This document shows, one piece after another, positions 1-7,827 of a stretch of 40,040 nucleotides of DNA. The notes under the pieces are model-generated. The model did not search any database. It was not told the origin of the DNA and worked only from the letters and a program-made list of their open reading frames with translations. The stretch lies in the UHGV virus genome UHGV-1362910; one strand, written 5' to 3'. Every line of letters begins with the position of its first letter. Position 1 is the stretch's first letter. The position numbers and the translations under genes are program-made. The DNA comes from a virus.

Positions 1-129
1 CATAATCTTTCTGGCATTATTAAGGAACCCATCATCATCCGCGCGCATGGCCAGGTGGAAATACAAAGCCTGCGTTGAGAGAGGCATGTCCAAAAAAGAA
101 TCACTGTCTATAATTTTCTTTGAAAACAT
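1..129 (-). CDS. Replication initiator protein, N-terminal 43 codons; the gene continues across the window boundary into 39336..40040
   Basis: ATG at 129..127 gives MFSKKIIDSDSFLDMPLSTQALYFHLAMRADDDGFLNNARKIM. The frame ends exactly at nt 1 on a complete codon. The sequence resembles the N-terminus of phage replication initiators. Confidence 0.5.
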   Translation of the reverse strand, partial: MFSKKIIDSDSFLDMPLSTQALYFHLAMRADDDGFLNNARKIM

Positions 130-145
130 CCTGCGTTCTGCCAAC

Positions 146-667
146 TCATAACCCCCTTGTCTTTTTAAACAGCCAGTCACAGTCTGACGGAACATCTGCA
201 AATACATTTTCACACCCATCTATCCAGCGTGCCAGATGATGATCCCCGTCATATTTCCCGCATACCCTGCATTCATAGCTCCCCGGTTCATTCATGAAGA
301 AATACCTTCCACAGGAAGCGCATTGGCAGAGGACGGATTCTACCTTGGAATAATCTTCTCCATTCTCAAATACGCGGAATCCTCCATCAGGGCCTCCCAG
401 AACAATCAGCCTTTTCAACTTCCCGGACAGCTCCTTACAATTCGTATACCCTCTGCCAGCCCGTCCAAGATCAACAATGAAATACGCATCCTGATCAGGA
501 AGATAAAAGTCTGCCACCATGTCCAGTTCACCACATCTTCCACTTTCCGGACAATATATCCATGCCATATCTATATATTCAAAGAGCTTCGCCCATTGAT
601 AACAGGCCTTGTAATACATTCCGAATGTCTGCATCTGCAATATCTCTTCTATTTTCTTTATTATCAT
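146..667 (-). CDS. Cys-rich hypothetical protein with 2-3 CxxC pairs (zinc-binding candidate), 173 aa
   Basis: Track ORF 146..826; the internal start MIIKKIEEIL at 667 is preceded by AAAGGAGG. CxxC pairs include CQCASCG and CRVCG. A TTAATT-17-TATAAT promoter-like sequence lies upstream near 700-760 (-). Confidence 0.5.
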   Translation of the reverse strand: MIIKKIEEILQMQTFGMYYKACYQWAKLFEYIDMAWIYCPESGRCGELDMVADFYLPDQDAYFIVDLGRAGRGYTNCKELSGKLKRLIVLGGPDGGFRVFENGEDYSKVESVLCQCASCGRYFFMNEPGSYECRVCGKYDGDHHLARWIDGCENVFADVPSDCDWLFKKTRGL

Positions 668-982
668 CAATAGCCTCCTTTCTGGGCGGAGGATGGTAAA
701 AAGCTCCGCCCTGTGAGTCCAACACCTCATGCATTCATACCGTGACATATTATAAGCATGTGTTGGGTTTGAATTAACCAATTGCTGTATGTAAAGGCTT
801 GCGCCGTTACACCAACGAAAACGCACATACGTTCGCTTTCACATATAGATTATAATTGTAATTTTTCAAATTGTTAACCTATTCTGAAACTTTTCTAATT
901 TAATGTAAAATCTCATCCTTTTTACCATCTTATTTCTACATTTTCCTATACTGACCACTATACCGTGATATACTATAAAAAC

Positions 983-1136
983 GGACCCCATAGTTCTTTG
1001 AACGAAAGGGGTGAGGAACATGAGTACATATGAAGCGCTATCTCTAATGCTTTTGTTTGGTCAATTAATTATTCTCATGAATAAGCGTTGAATCCCTCAC
1101 TCGTTTCGTCACTCAGTCAATCAACCTATGGGGTCC
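983..1136 (+). repeat. Inverted repeat cGGACCCCATAGtt (983-993) / aaCCTATGGGGTCCc (1126-1136) bracketing the tiny ORF
   Basis: Read directly from the sequence: 11-13 bp perfect complement, about 130 bp apart, beginning at the predicted transcription start. Confidence 0.5.
1020..1091 (+). CDS. 23-aa hydrophobic peptide MSTYEALSLMLLFGQLIILMNKR (candidate type I toxin-like or membrane peptide)
   Basis: Strong SD AAAGGGGTGAGG lies 6 nt before the ATG. An extended -10 TGATATACT sits at 966-974. A single TM-like stretch is followed by basic residues. The ORF is flanked by a 13-bp inverted repeat. Confidence 0.3.
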   Translation: MSTYEALSLMLLFGQLIILMNKR

Positions 1137-1281
1137 CTTTATTTCTATCGGACCGGACTTATTTCCACTTGCAAGCTTCCGCATTCAGGGCAGTACATAA
1201 TCTTTCCAACCATTTCATATCGTCCGGAATAAAGGTTATTTCAATCCACATTATGAACCCATATATCGTTCATAATGACAC

Positions 1282-1300
1282 GGCAGCATTGCTGCCTTTT
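1282..1300 (+). terminator. Rho-independent terminator candidate GGCAGCattGCTGCC-TTTT
   Basis: 6-bp GC stem, 3-nt loop and U-tract on the plus strand, downstream of the tiny ORF. Confidence 0.3.
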
Positions 1301-1358
1301 ATCCGATGCCGGATAGTCTTGCCTCATGTCAGTGGGGGATATATGCCCGCCACTGCCA

Positions 1359-1562
1359 CTATGCTTGTTTTTGGCGATTCCTCCCTCCACCTGTAGAGGT
1401 GGGGGAATCCTCGTTTATTTTGTTGAAGTCATCCAGGACAACCAACCTTTCACTATATCCATCCGAATTATAGGTAACGGCCCTCATGTCGGCCCCACAA
1501 AATTTACACCTCATTCTGCCGCCCTCGAATCCGGCCCCTTTACAAACACCACAGGCGCCCAA
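1359..1562 (-). CDS. Small zinc-ribbon protein (CGVCKG...CKFCG), TTG start
   Basis: Track ORF with two CxxC pairs. It overlaps the 3' end of ORF 1511..1906 in another frame. The frame is closed by TAA 3 codons upstream of the TTG, so it cannot be a long frameshift extension. Confidence 0.3.
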   Translation of the reverse strand: MGACGVCKGAGFEGGRMRCKFCGADMRAVTYNSDGYSERLVVLDDFNKINEDSPTSTGGGRNRQKQA

Positions 1563-1906
1563 TGGTCCGTCTTATACTGCACCGCACGCTGTACCTTTGG
1601 CAGGGTAAGCCCGGCCCCATCTAAAAGATACCGCAGGGGATGTGCCGGCTCCCGGTGGGCCACTCCCTCATGCAACAGCTCCGTCATCAGGTCAAAAGCT
1701 TCCGCATTCCAGCCACTCCAGAACACCACATGTTCACAGACATCCGAACAGGACAGCAGTTCTCCTTTGTAGTCATAGCCCTTCTCCTCAAACAGCCACT
1801 GCAGTTCCGCATAGCTGGCCGATTCATTCTTGTTTATATAGTCCACCACAATTTTCTTTATCTCTTCTTTATTCGTGTTGTTCTCCCTTCTGTTGCGATA
1901 TCGCAA
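1511..1906 (-). CDS. Hypothetical early protein (start uncertain)
   Basis: Track ORF. The annotated TTG start lies inside the 16-bp palindrome, so the true start is probably the downstream GTG (…IVVDYINK). Confidence 0.4.
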   Translation of the reverse strand: MRYRNRRENNTNKEEIKKIVVDYINKNESASYAELQWLFEEKGYDYKGELLSCSDVCEHVVFWSGWNAEAFDLMTELLHEGVAHREPAHPLRYLLDGAGLTLPKVQRAVQYKTDHWAPVVFVKGPDSRAAE

Positions 1907-2834
1907 CTTTCGCCCTTATTTTATCCAGCAGCTCCATGTGTTTCTCCCGCCTACGTTCCTCTATCTCCATGGACTCAGCCATACTGAGTGCTGCCCTTTC
2001 GGTACTGCTGGTCCACGTCCTGTTAAAGCTATCAATGCCGCCTTCATAGATTCCCACTCCCGGAAGAAATGGGCGCAGCTGCTTGGCGGCTCTGGGTTTC
2101 CGTAATTCCCGCAATGCTTTCGCATGTGTCTGCCTTACTGCCTCTGCAGTGACTCCATATGTTTTTCCGATTTCAGCCAGGGTCATGTCCTGCTGATACC
2201 GTTTCCGTATCACCTCCGGCTGCCGGTCCGGGAGAGCATCCACACATCCCCACAATGTATCCTTAAGCTGCCCGTCCTGGATTTGTTCTACAACCTCTCC
2301 CTCTACATCCGTATCATCTCCAGTCAATTCTCCCACGGTGGCATCCTCACTGCTTTCTATCCCCATAACTGGAGCATCCAGGCTGCCCAGGTGAATCGCC
2401 CGGGCATTCTCCTTGATTTCCCATACCTGCTCCAAAATAAGGTCCAGCCCTGCTGCAATCTCAGTATCCGTGGGTTTCCTGCCATGCTCCATCTTGAACG
2501 ATTGACAAAACCGGTTGTACCTCTGTATCTTCTCCTGGCAATGGACCGGCAGACGCAGGCAGCTCCCATTCACCTGCAGGTAACGCTGCATCCCCTGCCG
2601 GATGTAATACGCTGCATAAGTCAGGAATTTAAACCCCTGGCCAGGGTCATACTTTTCAATGGCTGCATGGAGAGCCAGGTATCCTTCCTGCTCCAGGTCC
2701 TCCACCTCTCCGCTGTTACGGTACTTCATGGCCACAGAATGAATGTAGTCCCTTACCTGCAGATAAAGCTGTTCCATGTTCTTCTGTACATCCTCTCCGG
2801 CCTTAATCTGTGCTACAAGCTGCTCGTTTGTCAT
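1869..2834 (-). CDS. Sigma-70 family RNA polymerase sigma factor with a ~95-aa C-terminal extension
   Basis: Region 2 reads EGYLALHAAIEKYDPGQGFKFLTYAAYYIRQGMQRY. Region 4 HTH reads MTLAEIGKTYGVTAEAVRQTHAKALRELR. The start MTNEQ at 2834 follows GGAAGGGTGGGTG. Confidence 0.8.
   Translation of the reverse strand: MTNEQLVAQIKAGEDVQKNMEQLYLQVRDYIHSVAMKYRNSGEVEDLEQEGYLALHAAIEKYDPGQGFKFLTYAAYYIRQGMQRYLQVNGSCLRLPVHCQEKIQRYNRFCQSFKMEHGRKPTDTEIAAGLDLILEQVWEIKENARAIHLGSLDAPVMGIESSEDATVGELTGDDTDVEGEVVEQIQDGQLKDTLWGCVDALPDRQPEVIRKRYQQDMTLAEIGKTYGVTAEAVRQTHAKALRELRKPRAAKQLRPFLPGVGIYEGGIDSFNRTWTSSTERAALSMAESMEIEERRREKHMELLDKIRAKVAISQQKGEQHE
1892..1907. repeat. 16-bp perfect palindrome GTTGCGATATCGCAAC (copy 1)
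   Basis: Exact palindrome inside the last codons of the sigma gene, upstream of the next gene. Confidence 0.6.
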
Positions 2835-3129
2835 GGCAGTCACCCACCCTTCCATTTTTAGCAACCAATATGCTTATGTAGATTCGCCGCAGGAATTTAA
2901 GGTCATCAACATCCTTTAATGCGCTCATAATGCTTTTCCTGCATTCCCGGGCAACTCCTCTTTTATCTTCTGCTGCCCTATGGCCGGATTGCACCGGTGC
3001 AACTTCATCTACGTCGCCCGGGGTCATCTGCAGCAGCTCTCTAAGCTCCTGTAACTCTTCCATGGCTTTGTCGTAGCTTTCTAGCATCCGGTTGTGCTGC
3101 TCCACTGATATACATATCATTCTCTGCAT
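2803..3129 (-). CDS. Hypothetical early protein (108 aa)
   Basis: Track ORF immediately upstream of the sigma gene; it overlaps the sigma start. Confidence 0.45.
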   Translation of the reverse strand: MQRMICISVEQHNRMLESYDKAMEELQELRELLQMTPGDVDEVAPVQSGHRAAEDKRGVARECRKSIMSALKDVDDLKFLRRIYISILVAKNGRVGDCHDKRAACSTD

Positions 3130-3287
3130 GCCGCTGTCTCCTTCCTGCCCTCTGCAAGGCCTGCATAATATGCCCGGTTGGCCAAACTTACAATCGCCTC
3201 TGCCATCTCACGGTCTGTATCATCATGTTCCCCTATGGTCTTAAGCCACCTGTCAACGAATTCTCCTTTATTGATTGGAAATGTCAT
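3117..3287 (-). CDS. Hypothetical small protein (56 aa), translationally coupled
   Basis: ATG at 3287..3285 overlaps the TGA of the upstream ORF (ATGA). Translation is MTFPINKGEFVDRWLK... Confidence 0.3.
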   Translation of the reverse strand: MTFPINKGEFVDRWLKTIGEHDDTDREMAEAIVSLANRAYYAGLAEGRKETAACRE

Positions 3288-3490
3288 AACGTCACCTCTC
3301 CCCTTCTTCTCTTACGTTCATCCTTGATACCTTGAATACGCCCCAGATTGTAAACCGACGAACAAATGAAAAGGATATTCTCGCATCCGTACTCTTGAAT
3401 CCAATGTTGAAATATCCTTGCCTCGTCCGTTCCGGTCAGCCCTACTACCGGCTGATATTGAGAGATTATCAATTCCTCTTGTATGTTCAT
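3284..3490 (-). CDS. Hypothetical small early protein (68 aa)
   Basis: Track ORF; its ATG overlaps the TGA of the 3487..3687 ORF (ATGA). Confidence 0.4.
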   Translation of the reverse strand: MNIQEELIISQYQPVVGLTGTDEARIFQHWIQEYGCENILFICSSVYNLGRIQGIKDERKRRRGEVTL

Positions 3491-3687
3491 ACCGCCACTC
3501 CCATCCTTTCCTGCTTCACCTGAATCACTACATCAATAATATAGATACAACGGTCTCGTATCTCTTTCGGTATACCCTGTAATTCCAGTTCCGTTGCTTC
3601 ATCTTCCTTAAATTCCAATAACTCAGCCACATCCATCTTATACAGTTCCGTTACCAATTCTCGGACTAAATCTTCATGCAGCATCAT
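3487..3687 (-). CDS. Hypothetical small acidic protein (66 aa)
   Basis: Track ORF, the first in a chain of three coupled small genes. Confidence 0.4.
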   Translation of the reverse strand: MMLHEDLVRELVTELYKMDVAELLEFKEDEATELELQGIPKEIRDRCIYIIDVVIQVKQERMGVAV

Positions 3688-3770
3688 TAATCCTCTTCCC
3701 TTTCCGGCTCAGAGGTGCTATACTTATAAGTGGTTGAACTTTGGTATAGCGCCTCCAGGCCTATGCTTGT

Positions 3771-3805
3771 CCTTAACTAATTGGCGTTAGTTAGGGACTT
3801 TTTTT
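3771..3805 (+). terminator. Hairpin CCTTAACTAA-ttggcg-TTAGTTAGGG followed by T7, an intrinsic terminator in plus orientation
   Basis: 10-bp inverted repeat (1 mismatch) plus TTTTTTT at 3799-3805. On the minus strand the run precedes the stem, so it terminates plus-strand (antisense) transcription. Confidence 0.4.
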
Positions 3806-3954
3806 ATTGTGCGTCTCACGCCGGCGCCGCGGCTCACCAATCTCAGCTCCGTCTTTGTTTCTTCCAACACCAGCCAGTTGTTTACCACCAGGCCTGCCTT
3901 ACTCATCAGCGCCTTCTGGTTCCGGGTCGGCTTCTTTGCCCTGCTTCTCCCCAT
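3787..3954 (-). CDS. 55-aa basic protein MGRSRAKKPTRNQKALMSKAGLVVNNWLVLEETKTELRLVSRGAGVRRTIKKVPN
   Basis: ATG lies 4 nt after the TGA of the 376-aa gene. The stop lies inside the hairpin. It is below the 60-aa track cutoff. Confidence 0.3.
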   Translation of the reverse strand: MGRSRAKKPTRNQKALMSKAGLVVNNWLVLEETKTELRLVSRGAGVRRTIKKVPN

Positions 3955-3958
3955 CCGT

Positions 3959-5089
3959 TCACACCGCCTTTTTCATCCTGTCATGAAGCTCATCCTTTGG
4001 ACCGGACTCATTACAGTAAACATGCAAATCTCCCAAAACGTTCTCCCACTGTAGGAGCAGGAAGGTCAAGTCCCAGTTCTGATAGTCCCACAGGAGAGCG
4101 GCAACATCCTGGGCGTCCCCTATGGGCCTGTCTGCCGGCAGGCGCCTTAATCGGTCCATGGTATAGTAGTAATCCTTTGTCCCCCACTTCTCTCCGTCAT
4201 ATTCCTTCTTGACCGGGAACATCCTCAGCAGCTCCAAAGGTGTCAGCCTGCCGATGGTCTCCATGACCTGCTTTAACTCCTGGTACCTGTTCTCTATCTC
4301 CAGGCAGGACTTATGGGCTTTTGTGTGGTTGAACTCTGCATGATTCTCTTTTCCATAGGCCTTGACTGCCAGGAATATGTATTGTGCCAGGTCAACTCCC
4401 TGCAGTCTTCCTATGCAGCGTGTACCGCCATGGATATCCGTAAAGCGTCTCAGAGCCTTAGTATATTTCCCATTGCTCTCTACATGCGGCACAATTCCTG
4501 CCGTATTCCAGCTCTTCCAGGATTCCTTGATGAATGGTACCAGTATCTGGAGCGGACCGGGGAACATCCTTAACATCTGGATTACAAAGGCAGTCCTCCT
4601 ATTCAGTTTACGCATCCTGCCCAGGAGCTTCCGGTTCTCTAACTCCGCTTTAAACAGCTCCGTGACGTCCTGCTCGTCGTCCTCTCCTACCTTATATACA
4701 AAGCTGTCCATAAGGTCATCCTTAAGGTCTTTACTGCTTATCTTCCGTAAAGAATAGAGCATGTTGTTGACAGATATGGTCCAGTCACGGCATCCCTTGA
4801 TGATTTCATACATTTCATTCAGATATTCAGGCTGCAGGTACGCCTCTAATATCCCGCGGCAGGCCTCCATACCATCGGCATCTACCTGTAATTTCCATGG
4901 GGATGGCTGAATTCGCAGGACATGTACCTTATCCACCAGGCCTGCTGCTTCAATCCGGTCACAGCATGGCTTTGCATATAGCTCCATCCCGGCCTTGGCC
5001 ATCAGTTTCTGTATGTCAAACAGCATGTCCGGAACATAGGTCCCATCCTTAATATGGCTCAATACCACTTCTTTGGTTTCTTTCTCCAT
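3959..5089 (-). CDS. 376-aa protein of unknown function (accessory/moron candidate; Rx4H motif RFTDIH near residue 215)
   Basis: Long track ORF with an AGGAGGA RBS. No family was recognised by eye. It is flanked by an HTH gene, a 40-aa TM peptide and a terminator. Confidence 0.6.
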   Translation of the reverse strand: MEKETKEVVLSHIKDGTYVPDMLFDIQKLMAKAGMELYAKPCCDRIEAAGLVDKVHVLRIQPSPWKLQVDADGMEACRGILEAYLQPEYLNEMYEIIKGCRDWTISVNNMLYSLRKISSKDLKDDLMDSFVYKVGEDDEQDVTELFKAELENRKLLGRMRKLNRRTAFVIQMLRMFPGPLQILVPFIKESWKSWNTAGIVPHVESNGKYTKALRRFTDIHGGTRCIGRLQGVDLAQYIFLAVKAYGKENHAEFNHTKAHKSCLEIENRYQELKQVMETIGRLTPLELLRMFPVKKEYDGEKWGTKDYYYTMDRLRRLPADRPIGDAQDVAALLWDYQNWDLTFLLLQWENVLGDLHVYCNESGPKDELHDRMKKAV

Positions 5090-5104
5090 TGTCGTTTCAT
5101 CCTC

Positions 5105-5227
5105 CTATAACATCCTTACTAACTGGTCCACCTGCCAGCATTTGCACATATATGCCACCGTCATCAGTAGTAGTAGTACGATGATCAGCGCCCAGTCCAA
5201 CCGGCCGGGTTCCCTGTTTCTGTTCAT
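5105..5227 (-). CDS. 40-aa single-TM peptide MNRNREPGRLDWALIIVLLLLMTVAYMCKCWQVDQLVRML
   Basis: ATG at 5227..5225 overlaps the TGA of the HTH gene (ATGA). The hydrophobic core is WALIIVLLLLMTVAYM. It ends 15 nt before the start of the 376-aa gene. Confidence 0.4.
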   Translation of the reverse strand: MNRNREPGRLDWALIIVLLLLMTVAYMCKCWQVDQLVRML

Positions 5228-5448
5228 TCCTGTTTCTCTCCTTCCTCTGGACGCTCCAGTTTCTCTCCGATTATCTTTTCTATTTTTGCCGGGTATATCC
5301 GAAACTCCCACATGGTCTTACCAGTTTTCTCCGGTGGGATTGCCAATCCCAGGTCCAAGATACCCCTGCGCATGTAATTCCGAATCTTTGCCGGTTTCAT
5401 TCCCAGGACAGGGGCCGCTTCCTCAGGACTTAGCCATAGTCTTGTCAC
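5224..5448 (-). CDS. Xis/AlpA-like helix-turn-helix DNA-binding protein (74 aa)
   Basis: LSPEEAAPVLGMKPAKIRNYMRRGIL resembles the excisionase/MerR-type HTH_17 pattern. It has a GTG start with GGAAGGAG upstream. Confidence 0.55.
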   Translation of the reverse strand: MTRLWLSPEEAAPVLGMKPAKIRNYMRRGILDLGLAIPPEKTGKTMWEFRIYPAKIEKIIGEKLERPEEGEKQE

Positions 5449-5570
5449 AGTATCACTCTCCTTCCATTACTTTATATTCCGATACACTCTTTCACAGCGG
5501 ATTCACGTTCTTACCGCTTACAGCCGGATGGCTGCTGTGGATGGATGAAATTGTCAATGTGCGGCACTTA

Positions 5571-6338
5571 TCATTCTTCAAACAATTCCATCTGGGCATT
5601 TACGTCCCGGATTTCTTCCTCTAACACCATAGGTAGCTTATAATCCTTAATAATCTGGATAGCAAGGTCACACTGGCTTCTCTTGATTGCCTTATATGTC
5701 TTGACATCAAATTCCCGGCGGAGCTGTCCTTCAACATCGCGGTAAACCCGGCTACGCAGTCCATTATCCTTATAGGCCGGAGCATCCTTTCCTCCCAGGA
5801 GGGGAACCACTTTCTGGTTCTTTGCCCATGTAATCTTCTGACACTCTAGAGCTAATAGTGGCATGTCCCGCTTAAATTCCTGAAGGTCATTGTTCACGGC
5901 ATCCACTTTCTCGTCAACCTCCAGAATAGCTTGATTTTGAAGCTTCAGTTGTTCAAGAGCGGAAAGCTTCTTATATGATGATTGCGGGTTAAAATACGCT
6001 TCTTCCAGGTTGTCGAACTGCTCCCATGCTTTCTCTGTGTCCAGAATCTTACAGTGTCGGCTTGCACCGCGGTGAGTCCAGAGGTAAAGTAATGGTGCAT
6101 TCTTAGCAACTAACTGACTATCAGTCAGGTAGTCTTTAAATCCCTTCAGCTCCTGCCCCTTCAACAGAAAATAATGAGTTCCTTCCTTGAATCGCTCCTG
6201 ATTCCTTCCAAAATTAGCTTGTACATTATTGGCATCTGTTTCGTATACCTCCGCCAGCTGCGCTGTGGTAATAACCTTCTGGCCCCTCCACTGAATCTCA
6301 ACCACATCGTGGTTTCCTACTTTTACAATTTCATTCAT
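5571..6338 (-). CDS. ORF6N/KilA-type antirepressor-like protein with an ORF6C-like C-terminus
   Basis: ITTAQLAEVYETDANNVQANFGRNQERFKEGTHYFLLKGQELKGF matches the ORF6N pattern. The start MNEIVK at 6338 is preceded by GGGAGAAAGAGG. Confidence 0.7.
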   Translation of the reverse strand: MNEIVKVGNHDVVEIQWRGQKVITTAQLAEVYETDANNVQANFGRNQERFKEGTHYFLLKGQELKGFKDYLTDSQLVAKNAPLLYLWTHRGASRHCKILDTEKAWEQFDNLEEAYFNPQSSYKKLSALEQLKLQNQAILEVDEKVDAVNNDLQEFKRDMPLLALECQKITWAKNQKVVPLLGGKDAPAYKDNGLRSRVYRDVEGQLRREFDVKTYKAIKRSQCDLAIQIIKDYKLPMVLEEEIRDVNAQMELFEE

Positions 6339-6772
6339 CCTCTTTCTCCCTTCGTTTTCGTATCGCGTGGAGCAGTAATAAATACACATCCATCTGAATC
6401 AAACTCCAACTCCGCATACTTTTGAGTAGCTGGGTTGTAGAAGGTCATACTAATGTACTGATCACCTTCTTCAAGATAACCTCCATCAATTTCACATACA
6501 CACCAGTTTTTGAGGCTTTTAATTTTCTCTTTGTCATATCCAATTTCATCTAAACATACTGCTGCTTTATCTGCCGTGTCCCCACCCATACTGCAAAGTT
6601 TTGCGCAATCTTTTGCAATTTTCATGACTCCAACTTCAAACACAGCGTTTTCAAAACTTTCACTCTCCTCTGCCATTACCCTAATATCTTCCGCCACTGA
6701 TTTCCCATCACTTAATACATCACTTCCTAAATCCGTTAATAACTGCTTTGCAATAATCTTTGAATCCTTCAT
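6335..6772 (-). CDS. Acidic hypothetical protein (145 aa)
   Basis: Track ORF with a GGAAGGAG RBS and acidic composition. Confidence 0.5.
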   Translation of the reverse strand: MKDSKIIAKQLLTDLGSDVLSDGKSVAEDIRVMAEESESFENAVFEVGVMKIAKDCAKLCSMGGDTADKAAVCLDEIGYDKEKIKSLKNWCVCEIDGGYLEEGDQYISMTFYNPATQKYAELEFDSDGCVFITAPRDTKTKGERG

Positions 6773-6786
6773 TCTCTTTCTCCTTC

Positions 6787-7332
6787 CTATTTCATAAAAT
6801 CATCAAGCCTCATCTGTTCGTACTCTGGGATCTGTATGAACTGCTTTGGTAGAACCAGCCCACTCTGCCTGAATAGTGAATCAAGCACCTCTGCTGTTTC
6901 ATAAGGTTTCGCTTTTTCATCCTTCATTGTGTTTCGGATGAGGTTCCCTAAACTGGACAGGCCCTTGAGCACAGCGGTATCAAGCTGGCCTGATGAATAA
7001 CTCTGTCCTTCCAGTTCGTAAAACCGTTTCACATATTTAGCTGTAAAAACAATTCCGTTTTCACCCGTAGATTTATTGGCCAGAAAGTCACAGCCCATGC
7101 GGGTTACCTCGTAGCAAGGCATTTCTTTATTCTGCTCTGTTAAATATGTAGATTTAATGAAATAATCGGAGACCACCAAATGGTTGTCACCTAATATCTC
7201 TATGTAACCACGCTCATGCTGACCATCTTTTCCAGTTCTGCCATCAAGTTTTCTTAAAAGTTTCCAGTGCTCTGTCTCCATCATCTCCGCCACCTCCAAG
7301 GTGGTAATTGTTGCTTTACGCAAGTTATTCAT
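6787..7332 (-). CDS. Rha family phage regulatory protein
   Basis: N-terminal TTLEVAEMMETEHWKLLRKL ... PCYEVTRMGCDFLANKSTGE ... FYELE fits the Phage_pRha pattern. Confidence 0.65.
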   Translation of the reverse strand: MNNLRKATITTLEVAEMMETEHWKLLRKLDGRTGKDGQHERGYIEILGDNHLVVSDYFIKSTYLTEQNKEMPCYEVTRMGCDFLANKSTGENGIVFTAKYVKRFYELEGQSYSSGQLDTAVLKGLSSLGNLIRNTMKDEKAKPYETAEVLDSLFRQSGLVLPKQFIQIPEYEQMRLDDFMK

Positions 7333-7349
7333 CCTATTTCTCCTTTGCT

Positions 7350-7793
7350 TCAGTTTCCGAAAAAGTAAGCGCCCACAAACTCTGCGGCTTTTTCAGTTTG
7401 ATCTTTCAATTCTTTTTCCTTATGCTCATAGACTAGTTTTTTTATCTCTTCAACAACATTATTCATTGACATGTTAAACAGTTCCGTTTTTTCTAACCTT
7501 TTATCGACAAATATACTATGTAATTTTTTCTCATTCTCTCTGTAGTTTGTATGTAAGCCGCTTACTACCACATTTCCAATAGACACACCCGCATATCTAG
7601 CTTGTGATTTCAAACTCTTAATTCGCTTATATACATTCTTTGATGATCCAATTTTTACCCGTTCTCCAAATGCGGCTGCATAAATACGCCCCGTATAAGC
7701 ATCCCCTTCACGCGGTAGAGACTCAAACTCTTCAACACTGTAGATGTCTAATTCCATAAATTTCTGCTTCCCTGCTACCTTAATCTCATTCAT
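7350..7793 (-). CDS. T5orf172 (GIY-YIG-like) domain protein
   Basis: GRIYAAAFGERVKIGSSKNVYKRIKSLKS fits the T5orf172 signature IY..g..KIG.t.n...R...L. Confidence 0.6.
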   Translation of the reverse strand: MNEIKVAGKQKFMELDIYSVEEFESLPREGDAYTGRIYAAAFGERVKIGSSKNVYKRIKSLKSQARYAGVSIGNVVVSGLHTNYRENEKKLHSIFVDKRLEKTELFNMSMNNVVEEIKKLVYEHKEKELKDQTEKAAEFVGAYFFGN

Positions 7794-7827
7794 ATTATGT
7801 GTCCTTCTTCTGCTTCGTTGTCATCCT

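Noticed and set aside
1511-1906. Possible programmed frameshift between ORF 1511..1906 and the zinc-ribbon ORF 1359..1562
   Set aside because: The downstream frame is closed by TAA only 3 codons before its TTG. A long fusion is therefore impossible, and the two are more likely separate (or one is spurious).
3809-4054. Hydrophobic 81-aa plus-strand ORF near the 376-aa gene end
   Set aside because: It overlaps the minus-strand 376-aa gene and basic ORF, has no RBS, and its hydrophobicity comes from antisense codon bias.
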